64,000 nt of DNA from Octopus sinensis. Taxonomy: Eukaryota. The notes under the pieces were generated by a model. It searched no databases. It saw nothing but the letters and a program-made list of their open reading frames with translations, and was not told the origin of the DNA. Numbering within the stretch: position 1 is the stretch's first letter; every line of letters begins with the position of its first letter. The translations under genes were made by a program, and so were the position numbers. This document shows, piece by piece, positions 12,842 through 25,031 of the stretch. The stretch is taken from contig NC_043003.1 in NCBI RefSeq assembly GCF_006345805.1, forward strand, positions 36,022,001-36,086,000. The letters are read 5' to 3'.

Positions 12842-12910
12842 GAGAAGAAGAAGAAGAAGAAGAAGAAGAAAAGAAGAATATCTAAAATACCTTAAGAATG
12901 AGGACCCAGA
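12728..12910 (+). mobile_element. tRNA-like SINE head followed by (AAT)n(AAG)n
   Basis: A-box TGGCGTAGCGG and B-box-like GAGTTCCATTCC; no complete cloverleaf. Confidence 0.55.
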
Positions 12911-13035
12911 ATGAGGGAATCAGACTGAGATAGAAAGAGGGATAAGGAAAGAGATGGATCGATAAAGATATGTATATATACACACACATATATATACAGA
13001 GTAGGAGAGAGAGAGGGAGGGAGAGAGAAAGTATT

Positions 13036-13090
<55 letters not shown>

Positions 13091-13934
13091 GCGTGTGTAT
13101 ATACACACATAAACATACTCACATTACTAAATAGATAGAGAGGCAGACACATGTACCGACGGATCGACAGCTAGTCAGACTGATAGCTACTTAGATTGTA
13201 CGGAACAGGAAAATATCTATAATTTCATTGTTAAAATCCTGCGGTGTTTTCTTTATTCAAATTCTTTTGAATTCTTCAACCCAACGCATGTGAATTTTCT
13301 TTCGGTTCTTTCAACCATTATATACCATCATATACGCTGGTACAAACTGACATAAGGTGTATACATAAGGTGTATACTTAAGTATAATTGTGTTTATATG
13401 TGTGAATGTGTCTCATAAATGTGTTTGTATGTGTACGTATGTATATAGACCTACCTACATAGATTTATATACATCCATCCATACATCGCTATATGTATGT
13501 ATATACACACACATCCTTCAATGTTTCCTATGTATTTATATATCTATCTATCTATATATATATATATCTAAAGATAGATCGATCCATACGTCTCCTTTTT
13601 TTCCTCTTTATCCGCCTCACTCTTTCCTTGTGCGTGTGTCTGCATATATATACATACATACATACATAATATATATATATATATATCATATATATAGATA
13701 TATATATAATATATATATATAATATATATATATACAGACCATACATACATAAATATATATATACATACATTATATATATATATAATATATATGGGAGAGA
13801 GAGAGAGATGTATATGTATATACATATATATATATTTACATATGTATATACAAATATAGACACATACACACACACACACACATATAAAGAGGCGTAAATA
13901 AAGCTGAATGATTCTTCTGTATCCGTCTTCCTTC

Positions 13935-13986
<52 letters not shown>

Positions 13987-14083
13987 GTTCTCTACCTTTT
14001 TCTCATTCACACACATATCTTTATACAAATGCATGTGCAGGTCAATAGATTACGTACGTCTATGTATGCATATACTTATATAT

Positions 14084-14140
<57 letters not shown>

Positions 14141-15232
14141 TTCTGTGTGTTGTGCGTGTGTTGTGTGTGTGTGTGTACATATACATGTGTGTATGTGAGT
14201 GTGCGTTCGTATTATCGAAAAGCTTCAGACTCAGACCAAACAATAGAAAAGCGATTCCTATTGTCATTGCGCATTTCTTGCAATCGTCCCTTGGCGTTAA
14301 ACGATATCGCCATTTTTGTGAGAGGGTTAATTAAAGAATAACCACATCTTCGCTTGGATCTTTACCAGGAATAAGGTTAAGACAGTTACACAAAGATGTT
14401 TGAAACCAAAAAAAGAAGAAGGAAAAAAAGAATAGAAAAGGAAAACAAATGTAAAGTATAAATACATACTAGAGATAAAAACAAAACAAATGAATATACA
14501 AACTACATTTATTTGTAACATATTCATCTATTTAGCTAATTTATTTTTTCCATCCAAAGAGATTTTTGTAAAGAATTCGCCTTCAGCTAAATTAAGCATA
14601 AGGCTACAGTTTTGTTCCTTTTAATGGAAGTGTCCTTTTCTCTCTCACTTTTCTCCCATTCTATATCCATTTTTGCTTCCTTCATTTCATCCTTCTTTTC
14701 CTTCTTTCCTTCAATTTTTATTTCTTTCATTTTTCTTTCTTGCTTGCTTGCTTTCTATCTATATTTCTTTCTATCTCTATTTCTTTCCTTCCTTCTTTCT
14801 TTCTTTCTTTGACACCTCACTATCTCTGCCTGCACATATCTTCCCATTTTTCTTTCTCAGTAAATCAATTTCCCCCCCTTCAAACTCTTTTAACGCACAC
14901 ACGCACACACACATACACACCCACACACAGTCGTGAGCAACGTTTCAGTGAAACGTTTGCTTTACACTTAGCTACACAAGACATTTTTATGTCTTGTATA
15001 TATATATACATACATATATACTTATATGCACAAACACAAAACCTTTTATACATATATATAATAGATCTATTATATATATATATATATATAATATATATAT
15101 ATACCTACATACATAAATATAAATAGCACACTAATAATTATATATATGAGTGTATATACATGCATATAATGAATTTATATATATATATTTATATATATAT
15201 ATATAATATATATAATTATTATATTATTATTA

Positions 15233-15267
<35 letters not shown>

Positions 15268-15395
15268 ATATATACTTAATGTATATGCATCGTGTCCAAG
15301 AATCTGAAGTGTTTTATACCCAGCGTTTTGAGGGTATATATATTGCACCACGCAACTGCAGACACGTGAAAATACATAAAGCATATCCTACAGCA

Positions 15396-15431
<36 letters not shown>

Positions 15432-15712
15432 CATTTATATATGTATACATGCATATGCACACACATGCATACTTATATATTTGAATATAAATTGTCTGTA
15501 TGCATAAATATAATTATAGTAATAGAAAATCTGATAAGAACGTAAATATATAGTAATAGAAAAATGGATAAGAACGTAACGGATGACAATAAAAACATAC
15601 GGACAGATAGACGATACAATGACAGACAGGAAGAATTAGGACAGATCCTTCATGGCCTTCTATTCATCATAAAGCCTCCAATTATCATTACAGTTTCGGC
15701 CATCTATACTTA

Positions 15713-15785
<73 letters not shown>

Positions 15786-15911
15786 GATTATATATATATA
15801 TATTGTTATATTTCGGAATGGTCATATTGCCAGTTTATATGGCCTATAATCCAAACTATATAATCCAAACTATATATATATAGTTTGGATTAACTATATA
15901 TATATATATTT

Positions 15912-16107
15912 AATCCAAACAAGAAAGCATAAAAAACACAACGCGAGACGTGGAACAAATATAGTATTATTGGACGCTCAGGAAAGAAGGAAGAACGAGG
16001 TTTTAACGTTTCGAGCGGAGCTCTTCGTCGGAACAATAGGAGAAGGAAAGATCCAGAGAAGGAAAGACATACGAAAAAAAGTTTCCAACGGTAACACACG
16101 AGGTCAC
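15912..16107 (-). mobile_element. pLTR-type repeat family D with HHR-like motif at 16001-16034
   Basis: Reverse complement of 58366-58575; minus strand reads CCGACGA-A-GAGC(TCC)GCTC-GAAACGTT-AAAA; flanked on both sides by (TA)n. Confidence 0.65.
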
Positions 16108-16185
<78 letters not shown>

Positions 16186-16254
16186 ATATGTGTGTTGTGT
16201 GTGTGTGTGTGTGTGTCTGTGTGTGTGTGTGTGTGTTGTGTGTGTGTATACATA

Positions 16255-17371
16255 CAGGAGTTGGTTAAAATAATGGAAACACCTTTGGCAGCAATTGCAG
16301 CTGGAATTCTACAAGGTATGGACTCGTACAAAGTTTGAATTGTTTCCAAAGCTCTTGTAGTGATGATGGTGGAGGATATCGACTCCTTGTTTTTCTAAAA
16401 TGCACCGTAAATGTTCAATAATATTGAAATCTGGGGACTCTGGTGGCCAGATAAGATGTTCAACTTTCCTAGAATGTTCCTCGTGATATTCAGTAACAAA
16501 CAGGATGAATAGGAGGAATTCGATCTGATAAAATGCTTAACTAGTCCTGACTATTAATTCTGCCATGAAGAGAAACCATTGGGTCGGCGGATTTCCAAGA
16601 TATAGCCCCACCCCCAATCTTCAGGTATCCGCCTCCGTTTTTAACCGCTAGAAGAACACAGTCTGGAGCAAATGCTTCTTGTGGCTGTCTCCACACGTAT
16701 ACTTGGCCGGTGGTCGGAAATAAGGTAAAGGATGACTCGACCGAGAAGATTCTTCCACTGCTCTAGGGTCCAATACTGTAGGTTTTTACTCCACTCTAAA
16801 CGCTTTCTAGGGGGTTTCAGATTGCAGCCCACCTGTGAAATCTAGCTTTGTGCAGCTCCCGGCGGACAGTTTTTGTGGAAACTGGGTTCTCGAGGTGGTC
16901 ATTAATCTCTACAGTAATTTTGTGATCCTTTCTAAGAATTTGCGTAAGAGTCCCACGGTCCCTATCGGAATTTTTTATTTTCTTCGGGAGTTTTCTCAAA
17001 GGCTGTCATTAGTTTTGACACAGTTCTTCTTAATACATCAAATATATCGGCTGTTTTCCTTACGCTAGAACCTGCCATACGTGCACCAACAATTTGACCT
17101 CTTTGAAAGTCCGATAGATCTGTCATTTTAATGAATTTTAATTCCTGGTTTTGTGATGATATCTGAAAAGAAACAGCAATTTTAGTAAAACATATAGAGC
17201 AACACTTATAATAAATAAAAAATCAATTAAATTAAACAAGCTTTTGACGGATTTATAGATATTTTCAAATAAAAAATAAATATAATTAATCAAGCTTTTG
17301 ACGGATTTAAAGATATTTCAAAATTATGATGCTATGATGCTAGGTGTTTCCATGATTTTGTCCAACATCTG
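16255..17371 (-). mobile_element. Tc1-family transposon with both TIRs, internally deleted
   Basis: TA target duplications at 16253-54 and 17372-73; ~30-bp TIRs CAGNNGTTGGNNAAAATNATGGAAACACCT; transposase starts MTDLSDFQRGQIVGARMAG at 17126, with PVSTKTVRRELHK and WTLEQWK motifs; frameshifted. Confidence 0.93.
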
Positions 17372-17459
17372 TATATACAAATATATGTACATACAGACTC
17401 ACACACACACACACACACACATACACACATACACACACCACACACACACACACATACAT

Positions 17460-17950
17460 ATTCAGAAATAGATAAAAATCCAAGGCTGTGAAAGATTTTA
17501 GAACAGTTAGAAATAGAAGGTCTTACAGCTGTTTCCGAGATATTTTACATATCCCTTCATCGGAGATGGGTAACCAATAGTCATTTTAGATAAGATATGA
17601 AGTAGAGAGTGAAGTGAAGGAATGAAAATAGACGTGAGATATGCAGGGATATTTCAACTGTAGATCCATTATTTAGGCAGAATAGTATACATATATGATT
17701 CCAATACCTTGTGATTAAGTTCCAGTAGTATTTAAAACTGGTCATATCACTGCAAATCTTACGTTTCCTTTCATTCCTCCAATTCACTCTCTATTTCGTT
17801 TCTTATCTAAAACAACAATTGCTTAACCATTTTCTCACACCGTCTCCGATGAAGGGATATATAAAATATATTCCGGAAACAGCTATATTTATAAATGTTC
17901 TAAGTTCTTCCACAGCCTTGAACTTTTATCTCATTCAGAAAAGAACTTTT
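17460..17950. mobile_element. Family A pLTR pair in inverted orientation, each with an HHR motif
   Basis: Minus copy 17460-17750 (HHR 17520-17567) and plus copy 17755-17950 (HHR 17842-17886, 3' side damaged). Confidence 0.8.
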
Positions 17951-18237
17951 TATATATACACATGCTGATATATGACCTACTTTGGTCTTCTCATTCGCAT
18001 AATCACCGAACCTGGAGCTTAACTATAGACTGTCCATAGCACTTACTCACCATTCCCTGACACCTTTGGGTCTTATCGACAACATTACCTCTCTCATAAC
18101 CTCTCTCTCTCTCTCTCTCCTTCCTCTAATTAATTTTAGCCTTTATTATTATTGATAATATATATATATATATATATTATATCACACACACACACACACC
18201 ACACCCACACATATATATATCTATATATATATATATA

Positions 18238-18271
<34 letters not shown>

Positions 18272-18359
18272 AAAAAGAAAATGGAGGAACAAATTCTAAC
18301 TGATATCCCATAGTGGTTACCATCATAACCCCTATCTTACCTTGTACTATATATATATA

Positions 18360-18540
18360 TTATCAATAAGAATAAAGGTTAAAATTAATTAATTTACTAG
18401 TAATCAATAATTTCACCAAGTAGAATTTGGCATGAATTAGAAGAAATAGCTAAGGTTCTTTGGCTGCTATTTCTAAACTTCGGTATGTGGTAAAGCAAAT
18501 CTTTGCTGAACCCTAATTATAATAATACTCCTAATTATAA
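18360..18540 (-). repeat. Interspersed repeat family G (also 1875-2035 +; tail also at ~18128-18160 +)
   Basis: Shared TAATTAGGGTTCAG...TTTACCACA.ACCGAA...AATAGCAGCCAAA...TTAGCTATTTC...AATTAATTTT..CC.TTATT..TATTGA, next to (TA)n. Confidence 0.6.
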
Positions 18541-20761
18541 AATATTGTATATATATAAATATATACAAAGATTTACCTCAATTATATTTTCCTGACCCAT
18601 TCTCTTATTAACTATTTAACTCACTACTGCGATTAGTGTGGTACCTCTTTTCAAAATAGTCCCGTCAAGTTCATTTAACAGAAACATGATATTTCATTGT
18701 CGCAAACATTGTCTTTGCTATAGTTTGTAACCACGGATGAAGCTACCGAAAAAAGTTAAACAGAATGGTTACATCTGCAACGCTTTTAACTGTTGGTATT
18801 CCTAGATAGGTCCTACCTAATTATATACAACAACACCAACGGGCAATATATACCACATTCTTGGTTTCATTGACGTCGGTGCCGTAGCTGTCGTTGTCGT
18901 CATCAACAAAATCATCAAGATCATAGTGCATCTAATTTAGGAGTATCTAAGTTATGACGACCTGGTCATATTTTGAATTCAGTCCATGGTCTCCGGACAA
19001 ACCAGTAGGGACCGTTTTTCATATAACGTTATTTGGATCGTTGCTACAACTGGTAACGTTTTGATAATATGAATAAACTCGATGAATGTTGATTATCAAT
19101 ACAAAATAAGAGAAAGCTTTTATGTATTATACGTTATATTTCAGATATTCTATTTACGCTTGCAGTCATCAACACGCACGGTTCCATGCGCACACGCACA
19201 CATACACATACACACCCACACCCACACCCACACGAACACATACATACATGCATACATTCATACATATATGCAAACGTGCATATATACCTACTCCTCTACA
19301 AAATGTACAAAATCTCTTTGTAGAATCTGCTCGGAGTAGCGATAAAATCTAAGTAATGACGGAACGATTCTTCATCTACTGAGTGTTTTTCCACCCATTT
19401 CGCTAACTCCTCATCGCCTGATGACATCGAATTGAATTGGGAAACGACAGGATAAAGAAAAATGATTTAGGCTTTTGAATAATATGATGACTGGTGGACA
19501 AGATTCAGTTCAACATAATCACTTTCAACATCACATTCCTTCAACGTTATAAATATATGTCTATTCATATTATACTAGCACCTGTTTTATTAATACGTGA
19601 TAACTAGAGCATACGCTGATCCGAGATAATGATTTAATCTTTTGTTACTTAACCTAATACATCAGGACTGGTGATGTGTGTCATTTGCAACCACTCAGCT
19701 GATCCAGGTTTTGAACTGGTATTAGAGACATCTAAACAGAAATATTTTCGAATGCAAGTAAGATTCTGGCTATCTCTAAAGCGCACGTTAATTCAGTAAC
19801 TGAACATTGTATTTAAGTGAAAGTCACTAAATTTATAATTCCATTTCTACCTTATAAATAGGATCGGTTTTTCGAATAACAACACTAGAGAGAGAGAGAG
19901 AGAGAGAGAGAGTGTGTGTGTGTGTGTGTGTGTGCGGAGGGGGATGCATGCTTTTGTGTATGTATGTTTAAGCCAAACATTTCAACTTACATAGGTATGT
20001 CTTAATCTGCCGTCGTTTCGATTAGCAAGCTTTCAGAAAAGTAAACTTAGACAACAATATATTTCAATAACATTGCTGGAAAATTTCATGTATGCGAAGA
20101 AATAAAGTTCAAGGAAAAAAGAAAATAAAAAGAAATATTTCGAAGTGATAAGTTCTCAGGTTGAATCATACACAACAATATGCAAACATAAAAACACCAA
20201 TTCCACAGAAATACCGATAGCCAGAAGAGACCGGAAACTAACCACGCAAAAAGACAAAAAGGCAGATTCTGCATTGATCAATATGGCTTCATATTTCTGA
20301 AGACAATATTATAGTATGTTTTGTTTTGTTTTGTTTTTCTCTGCTCAATATACATATTTTTGTTTTTTGGCATTATACATTGAACATGAAAATAATATAG
20401 GAGATTATATAGAAGTAAATGTCTGCAGTAAAAATAAAGAACAAAAGAGATAAATAGATGAACGGATGAAAGTTTGTGCGTGTGTGTGTGTGTCTATTTG
20501 TGTTGTGTGTGTGTGTGTGTGTGTGTGTTGTGTGTGTGTGTGTGTTTGTCGTGTGTGTGTGTGTGACTGCGCATATATAAACAAAGACACACATGCACAC
20601 GTGTATAAATATACACAACTGTAACATATATGCGAAAGTATATACATGTCTCTGCGCTTGTTTGTGTGTATATGCATGCGTGCGTGTGTGTGCGCGTGCG
20701 TGTGCATGTGTGTGTGTGTGTGAATGTGGATGGAGGTGCATGTGTGCTCCTTTATATACAT

Positions 20762-20812
<51 letters not shown>

Positions 20813-21068
20813 TTTATTACTTCTTGGACTGCTAGAATGCATTTCCTAATAGACTTTGTTAATTGATACTCCTTTACACATAATCTGTGTGTCTGCATGT
20901 ATGTGTACATGAGTATACATGGGCATTTTTGCGCATGGGTGCATATGTGTATCTGAATAAGTCTAAAATGGCAAATTGATAGACTCGTCAAACTGCTGAA
21001 TACAACGTCATGGGGTTCAAATTCGGCTAAGATTAAAAAGAAAAAAATACCTGCCCAGATGATGTCAC

Positions 21069-21352
21069 TCACCGGTACTCCGTCGGATACGACGACAAAT
21101 GTTCCAGTTGATAAGATCAAGAGAACAGCTTGCTCGTGAAATTAACTTGCAACGTACCCTTAAAGTAAATCTCAGGGAGAATCGGTGTGACGCAGAATAG
21201 GAAAAGGATGGCACTTTTGAGTTAGGTACAACTCAGTTTTGTAGCTGAGTGGACTGATGTAACGTGAATGAAGTGTCTTGCTCAAGGACACAACGGCGTC
21301 GCCGGAAATTGAACTGACGACCTTACGATCGTGAGCCGATTACCCTAACCAC
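21069..21352 (-). mobile_element. tRNA/CORE-like SINE (second family)
   Basis: Minus strand GTGGTTAGGG...AGTTCAATTTCC...TTGTGTCCTTGAGCAAGACACTT; decayed relatives at ~54965-55152 and ~59530-59665. Confidence 0.75.
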
Positions 21353-21863
21353 TTATTCATGCAGACTGGTGAAATTATTAGATCATTCAGTGGGATGTCT
21401 TCGGTTTTGTGTACCGAGTCCGTATGTTCTAACAGCAGCGCCTACAATGAGAATATTGGCAATCAACATCGGTCTTGCCTTTCTCGTGGATGAAACGGGA
21501 GAATTTTCCAGGCCAAAAATGCATTGGAATGGAAGATCTTAGGTGCAGATGTTCAGACAAAGTATTAGAGAAGGCAATAGCACTTGCAGCACTTGCACAC
21601 AAATAATTCTGCAACTCTGTGAAGGGTCTGGATGATTCCTGAGTATTAAAAGAGAACATACTCACACACGGATATATATATATATATAATAATAAATATT
21701 AGGGAATAAATCCAAATTTACGGGAAAAAATCAGATTTAGGATTAAATCCTTTTATAGTAAAAATTTATAAAATATTATTAGAGAACAAACCACTATTTT
21801 GCAAAACAAACAAGGAAAGACTTAATCAATACATAAAATTTTAATAAATAGTCAAAAAAACCG

Positions 21864-21907
21864 CCACTACAATTGTTTCTTGTCTTGACTCGACAATCTT
21901 CAGGTGG
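21864..21907 (-). ncRNA. Minimal type-I hammerhead ribozyme (family C)
   Basis: Reverse complement reads CCAC-CTGAAGA-TTGTC(GAGTCAA)GACAA-GAAA-CAATTG-TA-GTGG. Confidence 0.88.
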
Positions 21908-23269
21908 ACTTCCAATCTAAAATATCAATATTTTAAAATATAAAAATAATAATTTTAAAATAATTAAAGTATGAACGAAAAAAATAAATATATAATCCAT
22001 ATATAACCTATATATAATCCATATATAATCAATATATAACAATATATAAACTAAAATAACCTATCAACAATTAAATATAAAATATTATTTTTAATTCCAT
22101 TTATTCCATTTTCTCCATTCATTATTTTAAAAGATGTTCGTTTCCAGAGCGGTTATACTTTTTATACATATGTTAAGTTCCTTGTAAAGTAATTTTGTTG
22201 GTGTATATGTTGAGGCTTATATGTACTTGTGGGTGTGTGTGAGTGGGGTGGGTTTTTGTATTTGTTATGGGTGTGTGGTTTACGTGTGTGTATTTGTGGT
22301 GGATGTATAGGTAAAGGGATTGCTATATAAGTATGTTATAGTGTTTAGTAAAGGGAGTTTTATCATTTATGTTTTGTGAGTTTTAGCTTATCATGGTGTT
22401 TTATAAAAGAATCCATTCATAATTTTGTGTTTATTTGTCTGTGTGGGGTTGAGTGGGTTTTTGGAGTATATGTTGAGGTTTATATGTATGTATAAGGTAT
22501 GTGTAAGTGGTGTGGGTATTTGTATATGTCGTGGGGTGTGTGGTTTACGTGTGTGTATTGTGTGTGAATGTTTAGGTTAGGGGGATTGCTATATAGGTAT
22601 GTTATAGAGTTTAGTAAAGGGAGATTTTATCATTATGTTTTTATGATTTTGGTTTATCATGGTAGGTTTGTTGAGGATTCGTAGTAATTTGTGTCTATTT
22701 GCGATGTCTGTTGTTTTATTGCATTGTTTCATTCATAATTTTTAAGTAGTGTTCGTTTTACCAAGTGAATATAATTTTTAATTCCATTTATTCCATTTCT
22801 CCGTTCATAATTTTAAGTGATGTCCGTTTTCTAGAGCGTGAATGTGGGTTGTATGTGTTTGTGTGTGGGAGTATGAATAACTATTGTGTTGAAGTATTTA
22901 GCTATTTATTATTTATAGTTGCCTAGACGTTTTTATGTGTATGTATAGGGTTATATATATAGGGGTGTGATTTAGTATGTAGTTAGATATGGTTATATAT
23001 AATTAGGTATATGTGTATGGGTGTATATATAGTTTATTATTATTTTATTATTATTTTTTGTTTTGTTTTATATTTTATATTTTATATTTTATATTTTATT
23101 AATTGTTGATAGGTTTATTTTAGTTTATATATTGTTTATATATGATTTATTATATATGGATTATATATGGGTATATATGGATTATATATTATATTTTTTC
23201 GTTCATACTTTAATTATTTTAAAATTATTATTTTTATATTTTAAAATATTGATATTTTAGATTGGAAGT

Positions 23270-23312
23270 CCACCTGAAGATTGTCGATCAAGACAAGAAA
23301 CAATTGTAGTGG
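23270..23312 (+). ncRNA. Minimal type-I hammerhead ribozyme (family C)
   Basis: CCAC-CTGAAGA-TTGTC(GATCAA)GACAA-GAAA-CAATTG-TA-GTGG: all three stems pair, the core is canonical, and the triplet is GUA. Confidence 0.9.
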
Positions 23313-23399
23313 CGGTTTTTTTGACTATTTATTAAAATTTTATGTATTGATTAAGTCTTTCCTTGTTTGTTTTGCAAAATAGTGGTTTTGTCTCTAATA

Positions 23400-23446
<47 letters not shown>

Positions 23447-24049
23447 CATATATATACTTTTATATATAGAACTACACAGACAAGACACCACACACTCACA
23501 CACACACACACACCACACCACACACACACACACACACCACATATATATATATTATTATTAAAAAAAGGGATTTTACCAATAGAACTGCAATTCCTATTTC
23601 AAGACAATTGTATGGAATACAGATAAAAAGTTATTCCCAATAAAATAATAATAATAAAATAATATAAGCATTTAAAACCCCTACTATAAACTGCAATAAA
23701 TTTATTTGAAAAATATTTGAAGAAATATATATAACGTACCTGTTATAAGTCTGTGAAGAAAGAAGAATTTTTTAATCAAAGGTACACGTAATTCTGCGCC
23801 GGTGGAGTATTTATTAAGCATATGCCTAATACATAAATCCACTACTGCGTCCTCAGACTATTTATCTTATTGTTATTATTATTAATGGATCAAAGTTAAA
23901 AATACATATTGTAAGTCATATTAGATAGAAAAATCAGAATATGAATAAAAATATAATAAAAATATATAAATTACAAATATATTAACATTTTTTAATTTAA
24001 AAAATTAAAAATTTAAACACCTAAAATTACAATAACGATATATGTAGTG

Positions 24050-24087
<38 letters not shown>

Positions 24088-24096
24088 CTATATATG

Positions 24097-24145
<49 letters not shown>

Positions 24146-24363
24146 CCGGAGTAAACACATAAATGTGAAACAAGGTGGAAAAAAGAGTACTCAAATACCG
24201 TGGTAGATGCTTTATTTTAAGCAGCAGAAAATTCAACAAAATCTGTTACTCTGAGTTTCTCGTTGCCGTTCATCAGACAGTTGTTGCTAGAACTGTCTGA
24301 TGAACGGCAACGAGAAACTCAGAGTAACAGATTTTGTTGAATTTTCTGCTGCTTAAAATAAAG
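24146..24363. mobile_element. 218-bp fold-back element, family B: perfect 73-bp inverted repeat with an HHR on each strand
   Basis: 24210-24282 is the exact reverse complement of 24291-24363 (8-nt loop). HHR CTGT-CTGATGA-ACG(GCAA)CGA-GAAA-CTCAGAG-TA-ACAG at 24293-24330 (+) and 24243-24280 (-). Confidence 0.88.
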
Positions 24364-24880
24364 TATATATATATATATATATATAAAATGCTAAAGCTAA
24401 GGAAACCCTCAACGACCATATAATAAACACATCAAATTTTATGGGAATAACATATATAAAATAAAATACTCTGGAAAATTGTCTAAGACTAGAAAAATTG
24501 AATAACTAGAAATATGTCATACTCTTAAATCTAGCTGTAACTAGATTTTTTTAATAGTGTTTCAGATTTAGAGATTTATGTTAGGTTAAATGTGGCCTGT
24601 CTATTCCTTTTAAGGTAATATTCTTTAATAAATTCTTGGTTCCTGGTATATCCGTATCTAATACTACTATCAAATTCTATTCTGACTACATTTAACTATC
24701 TTCCTCATAATTGTATTAGGGATTATGTACTGGGGGGGGGGGTTATGATTTTATATGTTTTTCATTTTATTATACGTAAAGTTATTCATATGTCGCATTT
24801 TATTCCTCACTCTCCAATAGTGTTCAGTAATATATACACACACAAATGTGAACATATACAAACATGCATATATATATATA

Positions 24881-25031
24881 AAGAAGAAGAAGAAGAAGAA
24901 GAAGAAGAAGAAGAAGAAGAAGAAGAAGAAGAAGAAGAAGAAGAAGAAGAAGAAGAAGAAGAAGAAGAAGAAGAAGAAGAAGAAGAAGAAGAAGAAGAAG
25001 AAGAAGAAGAAGAAGAAGAAGAAGAAGAAGA
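24881..25031. repeat. Pure (GAA)n microsatellite, ~50 units
   Basis: Seen directly. Confidence 0.97.

Larger units (their letters stand above)
21690..23410. mobile_element. 1.7-kb PLE-like fold-back element, family C, with ~310-bp inverted arms
   Basis: Arms ~21771-22085 and ~23085-23406 are near-identical in inverted orientation; G+T-rich interior contains a ~263-bp tandem duplication; (TA)n on both flanks. Confidence 0.85.

Noticed and set aside
19295-19426. Short minus-strand ORF MSSGDEELAKWVEKHSVDEESFRHYLDF... and overlapping plus-strand CTGATGA...GAAAC
   Set aside because: The ORF is 43 aa with no splice or homology support; the HHR-like core lacks paired stems.
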